Origin: Takakia lepidozioides
Taxonomy: Eukaryota; Plantae; Bryophyta
Direction: 5' to 3'
Assembly: GCA_030704615.1 (NCBI GenBank)
Contig: CM060731.1
Coordinates: forward strand, 90,644,001 to 90,708,000
DNA length: 64,000 nucleotides
Shown here: positions 40,062-51,592 of the stretch, piece by piece
Layout: each line of letters opens with the position of its first letter
Position numbering within the stretch: position 1 is the first letter of the stretch
Position numbers and translations under genes: made by a program
The notes under the pieces: generated by a model
Databases searched by the model: none
Told to the model about the DNA's origin: nothing
What the model saw: the letters and a program-made list of their open reading frames with translations, nothing else

Positions 40062-40448
40062 TTCGGGTCTGATAGGAAGTTCAAACAGATGTGGAATCCC
40101 GAACTGCTTCACCACCTGTACTCAGATTTGATACGGCCCCCATCAAAACCACTTATGAATAAACAAGGTAGTCAAAATTGGAAGGGTTTAAGATATGGAT
40201 GGTTTCAAAAGGTTTCACCATGATCCACCCACACTAAAGCCATTGGAGGATGGCGGTGCATATGAAAACATGAAGGTGCAATGTATAGCCCACATTCTTG
40301 TGCATTTGTTGGTAAAGATATGCTTTGACTCACTTTGAGTGATACAGTAATGCGCATACCTTGGAACCCGAGCCCTGGCCAAAAGGTAGTAGCGCTTCCC
40401 ATCAGCTTTGAAGCAGCACATATTCTCCACTACTGCAATGCACGGAAT
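40062..40448 (-). pseudogene. HCF101: HCF101 (Mrp/NBP35 Fe-S scaffold) two-exon fragment with a 1-bp frameshift
   Basis: Exon 40360-40448 IPCIAVVENMCCFKADGKRYY(P)FGQGSGSK and exon 40062-40115 VVKQFGIPHLFELPIRPE; intron retained. Confidence 0.82.
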
Positions 40449-41399
40449 CTGGGCACAAAAAACATCATGCTATTATTTGGCCTTGATTTCTGTTATATCC
40501 ATGGGGCTGACAGCCAAGCCGCTACAGCAAGAAACATCTATTCAACTTGCAACATGGCTGAGGACCTTAAGGATGATTTGAAGGGCCTAGCTACAATCAG
40601 CACTAGACTAAAATCTAAATTGCGGGCGGGAGTCTACCTTAGAACAATAAACAGATGCAGAAAAGAAGAGGATAATGCCAATGCGGGCTGTGTGGTCGGC
40701 AATATTCATTTTCTGACCTTGCTGCCATGACCCGTTTGGGAGCTAGAGGCGTAAATATGCTGCGGTGGCATTCAACGACAGAAATCCTTCCATCATAGGT
40801 AATCTGGAGCTTGAAATCCGGCCCTCTTACACCAACGAGCTAACTTGCTGAATTCAACATGAAAATTTAGGGACGACTCTGATAATAGGAAAATTAGGCT
40901 GAAATGTGTTGAAGAAGGTGCCTTCATTAGCAGTGCCTTGTTCTATCAATTGTGATGTTGCCGCTGCTGTTTCCAGTTGACCATTCATGGCTGCATCCTC
41001 ATTGTCGCTCCATTGTTGTAGATGTAAGGTTCATGATTTTGAGTATAAGACAGATTCCATAACCGCATTGACCTGTTTCATGATATTTTGTGGAAAATGT
41101 GATGGCAACTATTTTTATGAAGATCTGATGGTGACCTTGTATGTAATTGCTCTGCCAGATCGATGGAGTTCACGCCATGGCAATGCCCGATCTCGTGACA
41201 ATCTGGGGTCTAGTGTTTAGAGGAGTCAAAAGAAAGACTTAGACTTGCCCTTCCTAAGGGTACGCTGGTATAAAAGTATGACGCCTCCCGAAGGGAGCGT
41301 AACTTATGGTGTCACTTGACCCCGAAGGGACGTTGGTATACACTCAGTGCAGCAGAAATCGCACCCAAATGCATTTAGGTCTGATCCATTGAACACGCC

Positions 41400-42500
41400 A
41401 AATGTCATTAGTGAAGTCCTCCCCCTATGTTTCGAGCCTCTTTGCCTTTGCTTTAAGCCCAAGTGCAATCTCTTATGTATCCAAGTGCTTCTCCCATGTA
41501 GAGGCCCAAGTGCGACCTCCAGTGTCCAGTGTCACCTAAGTCCAAGTGCAATCCCAAAACCCACTTTGCTATTTTTGCAATCTCCCATGTTGAGGCTTCA
41601 TATATTGATATATCCACTTTGCTATTTTTCGCGAATTTCCAGCGACCAAAAGCACTTGAAAATTCCAAATCTCCCAGGTGAAGGGCCAATCATTGCTCTA
41701 GGAAAGCCCACTTTGCTATTTTGTGTGAATTTTCAGCGACCCAAAGTACTTGGAATTCCACATCTCCCACACCGCTGGTCCAAAAATCATGAGACCAAGC
41801 CGGTGCACCCCTCCTCATCGAGGGCTTTCCAACGGCACCAAGCACCAATGCTGGCGAGGTTTGGGAGATCTCAACGACGCTACAAAACAAAACAAATGTC
41901 TCGCTTCATATATTGATACGCTTCATATATTGATATGAAGCAAGCCATATCTGGGGTAGCCTGTGCCGTTGGCCCAGGTGTCCAGTGTCATCTAAGTCCA
42001 AGTGCATCAATATATGAAGCAAGCCATATCTAATCATTTTTTGCCCATAGAGCCTACGACCAGATTTGAACCGGAAACCTTTCCCTTGATATCTCTCATG
42101 TTGAGGCTCCAATCATTGTCCAGTGACCAAAAGTACTTGAAATTCGTTTTAGCCATATCTCATCATTATATATTTATTATTATTTATTTTTCCACAGAGC
42201 CTACGACCAGATTTGAACCGGAGACCTTTCCCTTGATATCTCTCCTCTCGAGGCTCCAACCATTGTCTCAGGAATGCCCACTTTGCTATTTTTTTTTCCG
42301 AATTTCCAGCGATCAAAAGTACTTGAAATTCCACATCTCCCACACCGCAAGTCCAAAAATTATGAGACCAAGCCAATGCACCCTTCCTCGTCGAGGGCTT
42401 TCCAATGGTACCAAGCACCAGGGCTAGGTCCCCGCGGTTTGGGACATCTCAACGTGGCAAAACAAAACAAAACAAAACAAACGTCTCGCTTCATTAGAGA
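41400..42500 (-). mobile_element. Degenerate copies of the non-autonomous Helitron-like family at 57-59.7 kb
   Basis: Shares GTAGCCTGTGCCGTTGGCCC, the tRNA-like block, GAGGGCTTTCCAACGG..CCAAGCACC and (AAAAC)n. Confidence 0.75.
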
Positions 42501-43888
42501 GCATAGCACCTTACGGGGCCAGACTTTTTTGCCAGGTGAGGATGGTCAAAGTAACTGTGACAAAGGGATGGAAAAAATGGAAGTTGCAGCTTAAATGACA
42601 TGGTGATTGTCAAGATGATCTATTCAACTTTGCTATAAATTCACACCTTCAGCTTACCACACATAAAACCCCGTAAATGCACTTGCAGCTACATACATGT
42701 TCCTACATTACTGACGTAGTATGAAAAGATTCACAATGGAATTGCTGTCGAAGAAGCTCTCAAAAGTAGTTGCTACCCGAGCATAAGGTAGGATTTGAAG
42801 TTACTCATGTTCAGTACAGAGTCCATATGACAATCGGCATATTAGCTTGCTAGATACTAAATCTTCAGTAACATTGCTAATTCATAAAAACTTGCTATTC
42901 CATTTGGAGCTAGTATTGAGAACAAAATTACATCAGAGAGACAAATCCTTGAACAAAAGGGCAGAGATCTTAGGTGATCAGTCTGCTACTAACCTGTGAT
43001 AAGAGGAATTATGTAGCCCACAGCCTGCACGCCGCATCCCAAGCGAGATATAGGGCATCGACTTCGGATTTTGCTTGGTTGTATTGGTGACAACTGGGCA
43101 CCAATACATAGCAGCATCAGAGTTAGGGTTGCCACACCAAAAGGGAGCAAGAAAAACTACGTTCTCCTTTCAGCTCTAAGGGACGAAGCTTGTCGAAATA
43201 AGCATCCAATGACTTGAGACCTTGTAAATCCTTTCATTTTTCCTCTAAACGGCCTCTTCCAGAACCATGGCTGCCTGCTGACACCCTCTTGTTCTTTGAC
43301 TCTGAAATAGGTACGGATACCGAAGGTGGTCCAATTGCCACACCATTCCTTACTGCTTCGGGTGTTGTGGACCCAATTAATTCTCTCTTGTGGAGCTTGC
43401 TGAAATATGCAGGGGGCTGCTATTTCATGAGCCATGAGCCATGAGCCATGAGCCATGAGCGGCATGAGCCATGAGCAGAGTCGTAAGTGTCGAAAAAAAC
43501 ATGAGCAGGACTATTTTCCGGAAATGAGTGTCCGCGGGAATAGGGTTTAGGGTGTCACGGTCATAGGGGGAGAAGGACCTCCCGATGAAGGAGGTTCGGC
43601 AATGTTTTTTAGAATTACATATTGAAAGGCAATGTTTCGCGAATGGTAGGGTGGTACTGCTCTGTACAATGGGGGCCCATTTCAGCCTACCAGCCACTTG
43701 CAAAATCCACCCACACTCCCAATCCCAAACGAAATGAGGAATGATGCATTCTGGGAACGATGGATACAGAATAGAACAAAAAGAGGGCACAATGGGGTTT
43801 TTATTGATCCACATGAATTGCATTTGAAGCATGTCTACTGTGCTGATTGTGCAAACAAATCTTTAGCCCTGTGCCTTCTGAATACAAG

Positions 43889-44452
43889 TCACGTTGTCAA
43901 TGGGACTTCGACTGCTCTGAGAACTAGCTCATGAGTCATCGGGCTCCTCCAGGTAAACTGGATTGCAGCCGTTGTACCGCCCCTGTTGATGTTCACCACA
44001 ATGTCGTGCCCTTCAATCATACCACCATCGAATATGGAAAGCTTCACGTTTTCGTCGTCCATACCAATGCAAATGTCCCCATACAATGGAGAAGAGGAGC
44101 GCACTCCTTCAAGAGTATACGTCTCTCCGATGGAATCCACCCACGTCCACTGGCAGCAGTTCCACCGCAACAGCATAGCAGTGCGCATTCTTCTGCATGG
44201 GTGCCCGTCGTAGCTGGGAAAATCGGAATCAAGGATGCGCAGGAGCCACGTACTCCTCAGACCAAGATCGTGACCCCGCTCGAAGACATAGTGGCCTGGG
44301 ATATACTCAAAAGCGGACAATGTTTCCACATTCGAACCAGTATCTTCTGTGTAATCTGTGTACCAAATAACGATGTCTCCCAATGTGGCCAAATACATTG
44401 CATAATCGAAGCCTCCATAAGGGCAGTCATCCCGGTTCCGGAAGCACGACAT
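43889..44452 (-). CDS. Orphan cargo ORF A (187 aa, uninterrupted)
   Basis: MSCFRNRDDCPYGGFDYAM...LGDIVIW...WNCCQW...YGDI...DGGMIEGHDIVV...ELVLRAVEVP; paralogous to ORF B. Confidence 0.75.
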   Translation of the reverse strand: MSCFRNRDDCPYGGFDYAMYLATLGDIVIWYTDYTEDTGSNVETLSAFEYIPGHYVFERGHDLGLRSTWLLRILDSDFPSYDGHPCRRMRTAMLLRWNCCQWTWVDSIGETYTLEGVRSSSPLYGDICIGMDDENVKLSIFDGGMIEGHDIVVNINRGGTTAAIQFTWRSPMTHELVLRAVEVPLTT

Positions 44453-44962
44453 CCTTGCAAAGAAGGACCTGAGGACCTCTTTGATGCCGATGACAATGAC
44501 CTTGCGGACAACAACAAAGCCCTTAGATTTTTGAAATGATGAGAAGCGGAAGAGCAGTGCGGGCTCCAATAATGGAGCATTTGGGTCCCACGTACCCACC
44601 AATCATCGTGTAACGTGTTCATCACGCCAGCGGTGGATGAACCGATACCTCTTTCTCATCCACGGGGTATAGTTTGAAATCTGCCACCAAAGTCCATCCC
44701 CCGGATGGAAATTCGGCGCCGCATTTACATCGAAGGGGGGATGGACTTCGTCGTCTCGAGTGGCTATAGGCCCACCTGGCACTTACTACCCATAGTTTGC
44801 ATGGCAGGGAAGGAAACTGAAACGGCTACATTCATGGAGCAGCCAATCTTCATCCGTGCAGGTTCCTGTAGGGGGGAAATTTAAATGTGCCCTGGAGTGT
44901 TTGTGAGGAATTGCAGCGTTTGCTTGAACTTCTTCCAACCACCGCGCTGCTCTTTTTCAAGG

Positions 44963-45541
44963 ATGTCGTGCCGTCGAAATCCTACCGACTGCCCTTATCA
45001 TGGCCACAATTATGCTATGTTCAAACCAGAATTAGGAGACATCATTGTCTGGCTCTCTGTTTTCACATACGCTTCTGGAATCAAGCGGGAGTCTTTGCGC
45101 GCAATGGAGTATTTGGAGGGCTATTACCGCTTTGAGCGAGGTGAGGGCGAGGGTCAATGCGGTCCGTGGGTCCTGAAAATTGTTGACCTCGATATACCAA
45201 GGTGGAATGGGATGCCGGACAGATCACGCACGGCCTCACTTTGGCGTTGGAACTGCTGCTAGTGGACCGGGAAGGACGGCACCGAGAAAAACTATATTCA
45301 TGGAGTTCACTCCGCTCTTCCAGTGTATGGAGACATTCGGCTGAGTTGCGAAGACGAATCGCACGGGCACATGAGGCCCACAGTGACCTTGTCAATGTAT
45401 GATGGTGGTATGATTGATGGGCATGACATTGTCGTCAGCTCCACCAAGGGCACCAGATCGACCGCATCGCAGTTTACCTCGAGGTGCCGCATCAGTAATG
45501 AGCTTGTTTTGAGGGCTATCGAAGTTCCGTCGACTTGGTGA
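44963..45541 (+). pseudogene. Orphan cargo ORF B (~192 codons), paralog of A, one in-frame TAG
   Basis: MSCRRNPTDCPYHGHNYAM...LGDIIVW...WNCC*W...YGDI...DGGMIDGHDIVV...ELVLRAIEVP; same CAAGGATGTCGTG start context as A. Confidence 0.75.
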
Positions 45542-45814
45542 CGCCAATGTAGAAGGAGTAAGGGCTTAGATTTGTCTTGAGTTGCTAAATGTGAGACACC
45601 GTGTTTGATCAATAAAACAACCCATCGTACCTCACTTCTGTGTGCTTCTGTTTCATCGTGTTCAAGAACTGCCGTAATTGGCCCACTGTTTACAATTTGT
45701 GGTCTCATTTCTACAATGTGTCTGTCCATATGAATATACCAGAGTCAGCGATATCAGAGTCCTGAGGTGAAGGAAATCCATATATGCGTAAAAGGAAACA
45801 TGTACACGCCGAAG

Positions 45815-46740
45815 CTCGGAAATTCGGCACCGCATTTCATTTTTCTCCATGCAGCGATTTCTGGCAGCTCCCTTTTCTCTGTTGTCGTCGTAACGGAAAT
45901 GTTGTACAACATTTCATTTCCTAACATGGCATTACCATACTTCGAATTGGAAATGCGGCACCGCATTTCCATATTGGACCTTGAATTGTCCGAGCATGTC
46001 CAGTCGCTAATGCTTGTCCATGTCCATACTTGAAATGCGGCACCGCATTTCCATGTCCGTCATCGAAATTTCGTACCGGACAATGAAATGCGTCACCGCA
46101 TTTCCGGAGAGCACAATGGAATGCGGTGCCGCATTTCCGTCCAACAAGACGGAATGCCCACACGGGTCTGGAATTGGACAAACAACGATGTCTCTTTTGG
46201 AAATACGGCGCCGCATTTCCATGTTTGGCAATCGAAAGTTTTTATAGAACAATGTAATGCGGTGCCGCCGGTGCCACATTTCCGTCAAAGGGTCTGGAAT
46301 TGGACAAACAACGATGTCCGTTTTGGAAATGTGGCGCCGCATTTCCATGTACGTCATCAAAATTTCTTATTGGACAATGGAATGCGGTGCCGCATTCCCG
46401 TCTAGCATCATGGAATGGGGAGCCGCATTTCCGTCGATGGGTCTGCAGTTGGAGAAATGTCCATCTCCAAAATGTAAATGCGGCACCGCATTTCCATGTT
46501 TGACCTCCGCATTTCCATTTATCCCCATGGAAGGAGCTGGCAATCGGCAAAACTGCCGTGTCGAAAACGGAAATCCGGCACCGCATTTCCGTTCGGCCGA
46601 ACAGTTTCTGATGTCCAAACCATGAAACGGAAAATTGTTCTTGCCCCGGTTTTGGAAATGCGATGCTGCATTTCCAAAGGAGGTTTTTGCAGTTGCCACA
46701 TTTCCGTTCCAACATTGAAATGCGGTGCCGCATTTCCGAT
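45815..46740. repeat. Left cluster of the 22-bp palindrome (~15 copies, mostly irregular spacing)
   Basis: Copies at e.g. 45949, 46031, 46084, 46199, 46325, 46378, 46569, 46716; some pairs are 53 bp apart. Confidence 0.88.
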
Positions 46741-46873
46741 TTTGGGAGGGACCAGGTTTGGACGATGTTGTCGTTGAGAAGCACATGGGAGAGGGGACAT
46801 GAAGGACGGGGAGAATTTCCTTTATATACTCTAGAAGGGAATTTAAATGTACAGAGAGTTCATTAAAATTCTA

Positions 46874-49800
46874 TTAATCTTGAAAATCATCACTATCGTC
46901 GTCCTGTCCTTGACTGTCCTGCTCCGCCTCCACCCCGTCATTGTCTTTTTCATCTCCAGCGGACTGCTCGTTGGCCAGGCTTTCGAAAATCCCATCTTCA
47001 CCTTGCGGAACCGACCATCTCACCTCCGTTGGCTCGTCGTCCTCCCTGTTTGCATCGCTCTCATCCGCTGAATCACATATGAACTTTCGCACCCGTCTAC
47101 CTGTCTCAGCTGTTGCCAACTCTTTCCTTATCCTTCTGTCCTCCCTAGCCATCTCCAAAATCTGCTCTACTTTACTGGGATTCTCACATCGTCTAATCGC
47201 TGTATTTGCGAGTTTAGCTGCATAACTAGGAAGGAGTAGTCCTTCACCGGGCTCGTCATGAAGTCGCCCCTCGCAAATAATGGGACATTCTTCCTGGCAG
47301 GAAGTGTAGGCCCTACATGTTTTGACCCGGATCCTGGAATCCTGCACATAACAATCACCAACGAGACCAATGAGAACCACAGTCAGGAAATGCGTTTGAC
47401 AAAAAATCACCCAGAAGGCTTTGCAAACTTACAATGTTTGCACTCACTCGTATTCCGGGTTCTCCTCGGCATCAATGTCCACTGTCTCTTCCTCCGACTC
47501 CGACAAATCCGAGGAGTCTTTGGCTTCAATGGGAGCCTTCACATTCCGTTGTGGCCCTTCCAGATGGGATCCCCAGACGGATGTGTCCTCCTCGTAGGCA
47601 AAGAGGTGCCGGTCGGAAAACCGCCCAACCCACATTGAGGCACCTGTTACAATGCCATCCACACATTATGACATGGCCCTTCAGATGTTGCAAATTAAAG
47701 CATAACGAGAATTTGCAGAACAGCATACAACAAGATTCTGCATACCTGTCCCACAGATGAGGTCGAGCACTGTGCCCTCCACGTCAGTGCATGTCTCCAT
47801 AATTGTCTGAATGAAGGCAGGACTCCGAGTCCGTGAATACCGCAGGGGTTCAGTTGAAGTGAGGCTATGAGGGAGAAGTTCCGTGGGAACGTTGTTGAAC
47901 AGAACGTCGTAATCGATGGGGTCGCAGTTCGGGTCAACCAACAATCCCTCCTTCCGGAAAGCAAAGGTGGAGTTCTCCTTCACAAAGCAGTATGCATTGA
48001 ACTGCTTCGTCTGCATACACAGTGGGGAACGATTAGAAATCGAATGCGGCACCGCATTTCAAAACTCCTAAGAAAATGAAAGGACGAGTGTCAATGTCGT
48101 AATTACCTTCTTCCCTTCCGACCGAAGGCCCAATGTGTTGATGCACGTCCACTTCTTCTTCAGAATTGGGACGGCGCTCTTGCGGGTCTACTTCGCAATT
48201 CCTGTTTGCGTGTTTTTGCCTCTGCTCGCTAGGACAACCACACAGCCTCTGTCGTCCAACACCCTGCAGGCGAGCCCAAATCCTTTCTTCCAAAAGTCCT
48301 CGGAGTACCTGTTCCAAGATGGCAAAGCTTGCAGTCCTTCCACAGGCTCTCCGTCCGGAATATCCAAGATGATCATATCGCAAGACCACTCGGTGGCATT
48401 TCCGCCCCTCCTGCAATCCTTGTCTGCACACACCGAACGAGACCATATTCAGAAACCCAGGGGTGTCGGAAGGCTCTTTGGCAGCCGCCTTTTTCAGTGC
48501 TATGCCCTTCAGACCCTCCATGGTCTTCATGTATGCCAACTTGGCTGCCCGTCCATCCAAAGAGCAGGGAGGAGTCTGCCGCCTTCACCTTGAGGATGAC
48601 ACACTCCACCATGTAATGCCAACCAATGTGCTTGGCATGGTTCTGCTTGATGTACTCCCACCAGGCAAGAAGTCAGTGATTCTCGTCCCACACAAAGAAC
48701 ATTTTACCCGACATATGGCCGAAGTCTGGATCACCCTTTAGCGTTGCCTCAAATCGTCGTTGCGAGTGTGCCAGTGGGTATCCCATGTTGACAATTCATC
48801 CGCAGTGGGTCCACGAGATTCGCCGTCCTCATTCTCAAGGGAAACGTAGAAGTCTGGCGAACCTAGACGGTACCCTTCTCGAAATGCAAACTTGAGCTTA
48901 TCCACATCTCCGGGAAGTGCCTGCCTGACGATGGGAAGGGAGACCATGCGACAGAGTGGGATTCGAAGAGTCCGCTGGAATACCCTGCTGCCCAGAACTC
49001 TGCCAATGCTACTGTGTGTCTCCTCCAACATTGTATCCGCTGCACTTTGGAATTCCTCCGGAGACTGCTGGTGGCGGTAGGGGCTGAGCGGCTGAAGCAT
49101 CCCCAACTGGAGCTGCACTCTGGGGAATCTTTGCGGGCAATTCTGCAATCGCAGAGGCCTCATCCGGGCCTGCAGTATTCTGAAGATCTTCCTCAACGGT
49201 GGTCAGGTCTTGCTGCGAACGTTGAGCGGCAGCACCCTCCTCCGGTACCACATCGACGAAATCGGTCGATCCCATTGCCTTCGCTGCAGCAGAGACGCCC
49301 TCAACATCACCAGGTTGGAAATCAAGTAGGAACTGGGCTTCAGCTCGTGGAATCGGTTTTGCGGGAGACTGCTCCGCCCTCCCCCTGATTGCCTTCTGCT
49401 TCCTCATTCTTGCAGGTGAAGGTGTCTGCTGCAATTGAATCTGCCTTATTCGCGTGGGTGGGGGGGAAACGGCCTGGTCCGGTTCAGAAACAAGTTGAAG
49501 GACGGGCTGCTTCTTCTTCGTCTTTGCTGGAGAAGGGCTAGACCTCTACTGACGATTCTCCATGACCTTCGAACGCGAGTCGCTCTCTGGGGCTTTGAAC
49601 TGCAAAGACTTGCCCTTCGAAGCCGCGTCCTTGAAACGCACAGGGCTAGGCCCGGCAGGAAGACCCGTGCTCGTGGATCGGTTGGGTGTACGTGCTGCAG
49701 CTAGCTACACGGACTCTGCCTGCGGCTCTTCGGATTCCTGCGATCCCTCCAGCACGTCCACCTTTCCGGTTAGGCATGCAAACATCTTCTGCATTCAAGT

Positions 49801-50045
49801 CTCCTAGCATACAGTCTAAGAATTGCAGAAGAAAAATGAGGGGGGTTTCGGTGCTCGTTCAGCTGGCTAATCCCGATAGCACGGAGCTCTCACTGGTGGC
49901 TGGGTTGCCTGCGTGGCCTGATGCTGCGAGATGGCAATCTCCTCCTGTAGACGCATCTACTTCTTCCCCTTCGGCATTGGCCTACGTCCGAAGTACAATT
50001 TTCGGAGCTTGCGACGATGTCTCTTCTCTGGTTCGAGCATAAGAA
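46874..50045 (-). pseudogene. Intron-containing gene: basic/low-complexity N-terminus, ParB/Srx-like domain, beta-class amino DNA methyltransferase-like domain, acidic tail
   Basis: ParB-like: RIPLCRMV...VRQ...DVDKLK..F..GY and FFVWDENH*LLAW (48661-48699; DGNHRL-like). MTase: DMIILDIPDG (motif IV), A.RVL...G.VVV, then RSPAFIQTIMETCTDVEGTVLDLICGTG|ASMWVGRFSDRHLFAYEED (motif I) joined across GT-AG introns 48011-48106 and 47644-47745. Several frameshifts and stops. Confidence 0.75.
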
Positions 50046-50389
50046 GAAAAGAGACAGGGAAAAGGGCGAAAGAGTGCAGATGGAAAGGGCGCGAGAGGGG
50101 TGACTGAGTAGACACGACAAAAGAAGATGAAACGGCGGTGATGCACCACTTGGGTTCGAAAGGCTTGGACGAAAGTGTCTCCTCGTGGACTTTGCGTCAT
50201 TACGAAATTCAAATCGTTAAGGGTACGCCTGCCGTCCGAAAAACAAACATCATTATCCAACGGTCAGGCCGTGCCGCCTCGTGCCACTTCAGTCAGATAG
50301 AGTGCAGACATGTGCCACAATTCCGTTGCTCCACGTGTTCACATTTCATGGCATTTCTGTCTCAGCGTCTGATGAGTTGGAGTGAAAAT

Positions 50390-51592
50390 GCAAATGCGGC
50401 GCCGCATTTCCGTTAAGTACCATCCCGAAGCTACACATACCGTACTTGTTGGAAGAAAATGCGGCACCGCATTTCTGTTCCACCTTCACAAACCTTAGTT
50501 GTTGAACGGAAATGCGGCACCGCATTTCCGTTCTGGAATGTCGGAAGGTGCGATTCGGACGGAAATGCGGCACCGCATTTCAGTTCCCGTGGTTTATGAT
50601 TTTCAATCTGAACGGAAATGCGGTACCGCATTTCCGTTCCACCTTCACATACCTTAGTTGATGAACGGAAATGCCGTGCCGCATTTCCGTTCGGGAAAGT
50701 ATGAAGGTCTCACCTGGACGGAAATACGGTGCCGCATTTCCATCCCACAGCTCCATGCCTCATATACAAAACGGAAATGCGGCGCGGCATTTCCGTTCTG
50801 GAATGTCGGAAGGTGCGACTTGGACGGAAATGCGGTGCCACATTTCAGTTCCGATGGTTCACGATTTTCAGTCAGAACGGAAATGCGGTACCGCATTTCC
50901 GTTCTAGAGAGTATGAAGGTCTCAAACGGACGGAAATGCGGTGCAAAATTTCCGTCCCTCCACTCCATGCCTGAGATAGAAAACAGAAATGCGGTGCCGC
51001 ATTTCAGTTCTCGTTGTTCATAATTCTCAATTAGAACGGAAATGCGGTACCGCATTTCCGTTCAGGAGAGTATGAAGGTCTTAACCGGTCGGAAATGCGG
51101 TGCAGCATTTCTGTCCCTCGGCTCCATGCCTCAGATACAAAACGGAAATGCGGCGCCGCATTTCCGTTCTGGAATGTCGGAAGGTGCGACTCGGACGGAA
51201 ATGCGGTACCGCATTTCCGTTCTGGAGAGTATGAAGGTCTCAAACGGACGAAAATGCGGTGCAACATTTCTATGCCTCAGCTCCATGCCTCAGATACAAA
51301 ACGGAAATGCGGCGCCGCATTTCCGTTCTGGTATGTCAGAAGGTGCGACTCGGACGGAAATGCGGTGCCGCATTTCAGTTCCCGTGGTTCATGATTCTCA
51401 ATCAGAACGGAAATGCGGTACCGCATTTCCGTTCTGGAGAGTATAAAGGTTTCCCCCGAACGGAAACTCGGTGCCGCATTTCCGTCACACTGGTGCATGA
51501 CTAAGATGCAAAACGGAAATGCGGCGCCGTATTTCCGTCCAACAGGAATCGAAAGTATCACTCCGGACAGAAATGCGGAACCTCATTTCCGC
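50390..51592. repeat. Main palindrome array: 23 copies, 20 consecutive at exactly 53-bp period
   Basis: Starts at 50508, 50561, 50614, 50667 ... 51462, 51515 (every step +53); 22-bp palindrome plus 31-bp spacer. Confidence 0.95.

Noticed and set aside
43540-43553. Telomere-like TAGGGTTTAGGG in the MULE left subterminus
   Set aside because: Under two units long; could be a telo-box or chance.
45754-46866. Many short ORFs with RKCGAAFP / EMRHRIS / GNAAPHF motifs (also 21.6-23.3 kb and 50.3-51.7 kb)
   Set aside because: These are six-frame translations of the palindrome, not proteins.
46874-50045. Bacterial or phage contamination as the source of the ParB-MTase
   Set aside because: The gene has GT-AG introns, lies inside a TSD-bounded eukaryotic transposon, and its 5' part recurs in copy 1.
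50390-51592. CRISPR array
   Set aside because: It has repeat-spacer form, but spacers recur in higher-order patterns, there are no cas genes or leader, and the context is a eukaryotic transposon.
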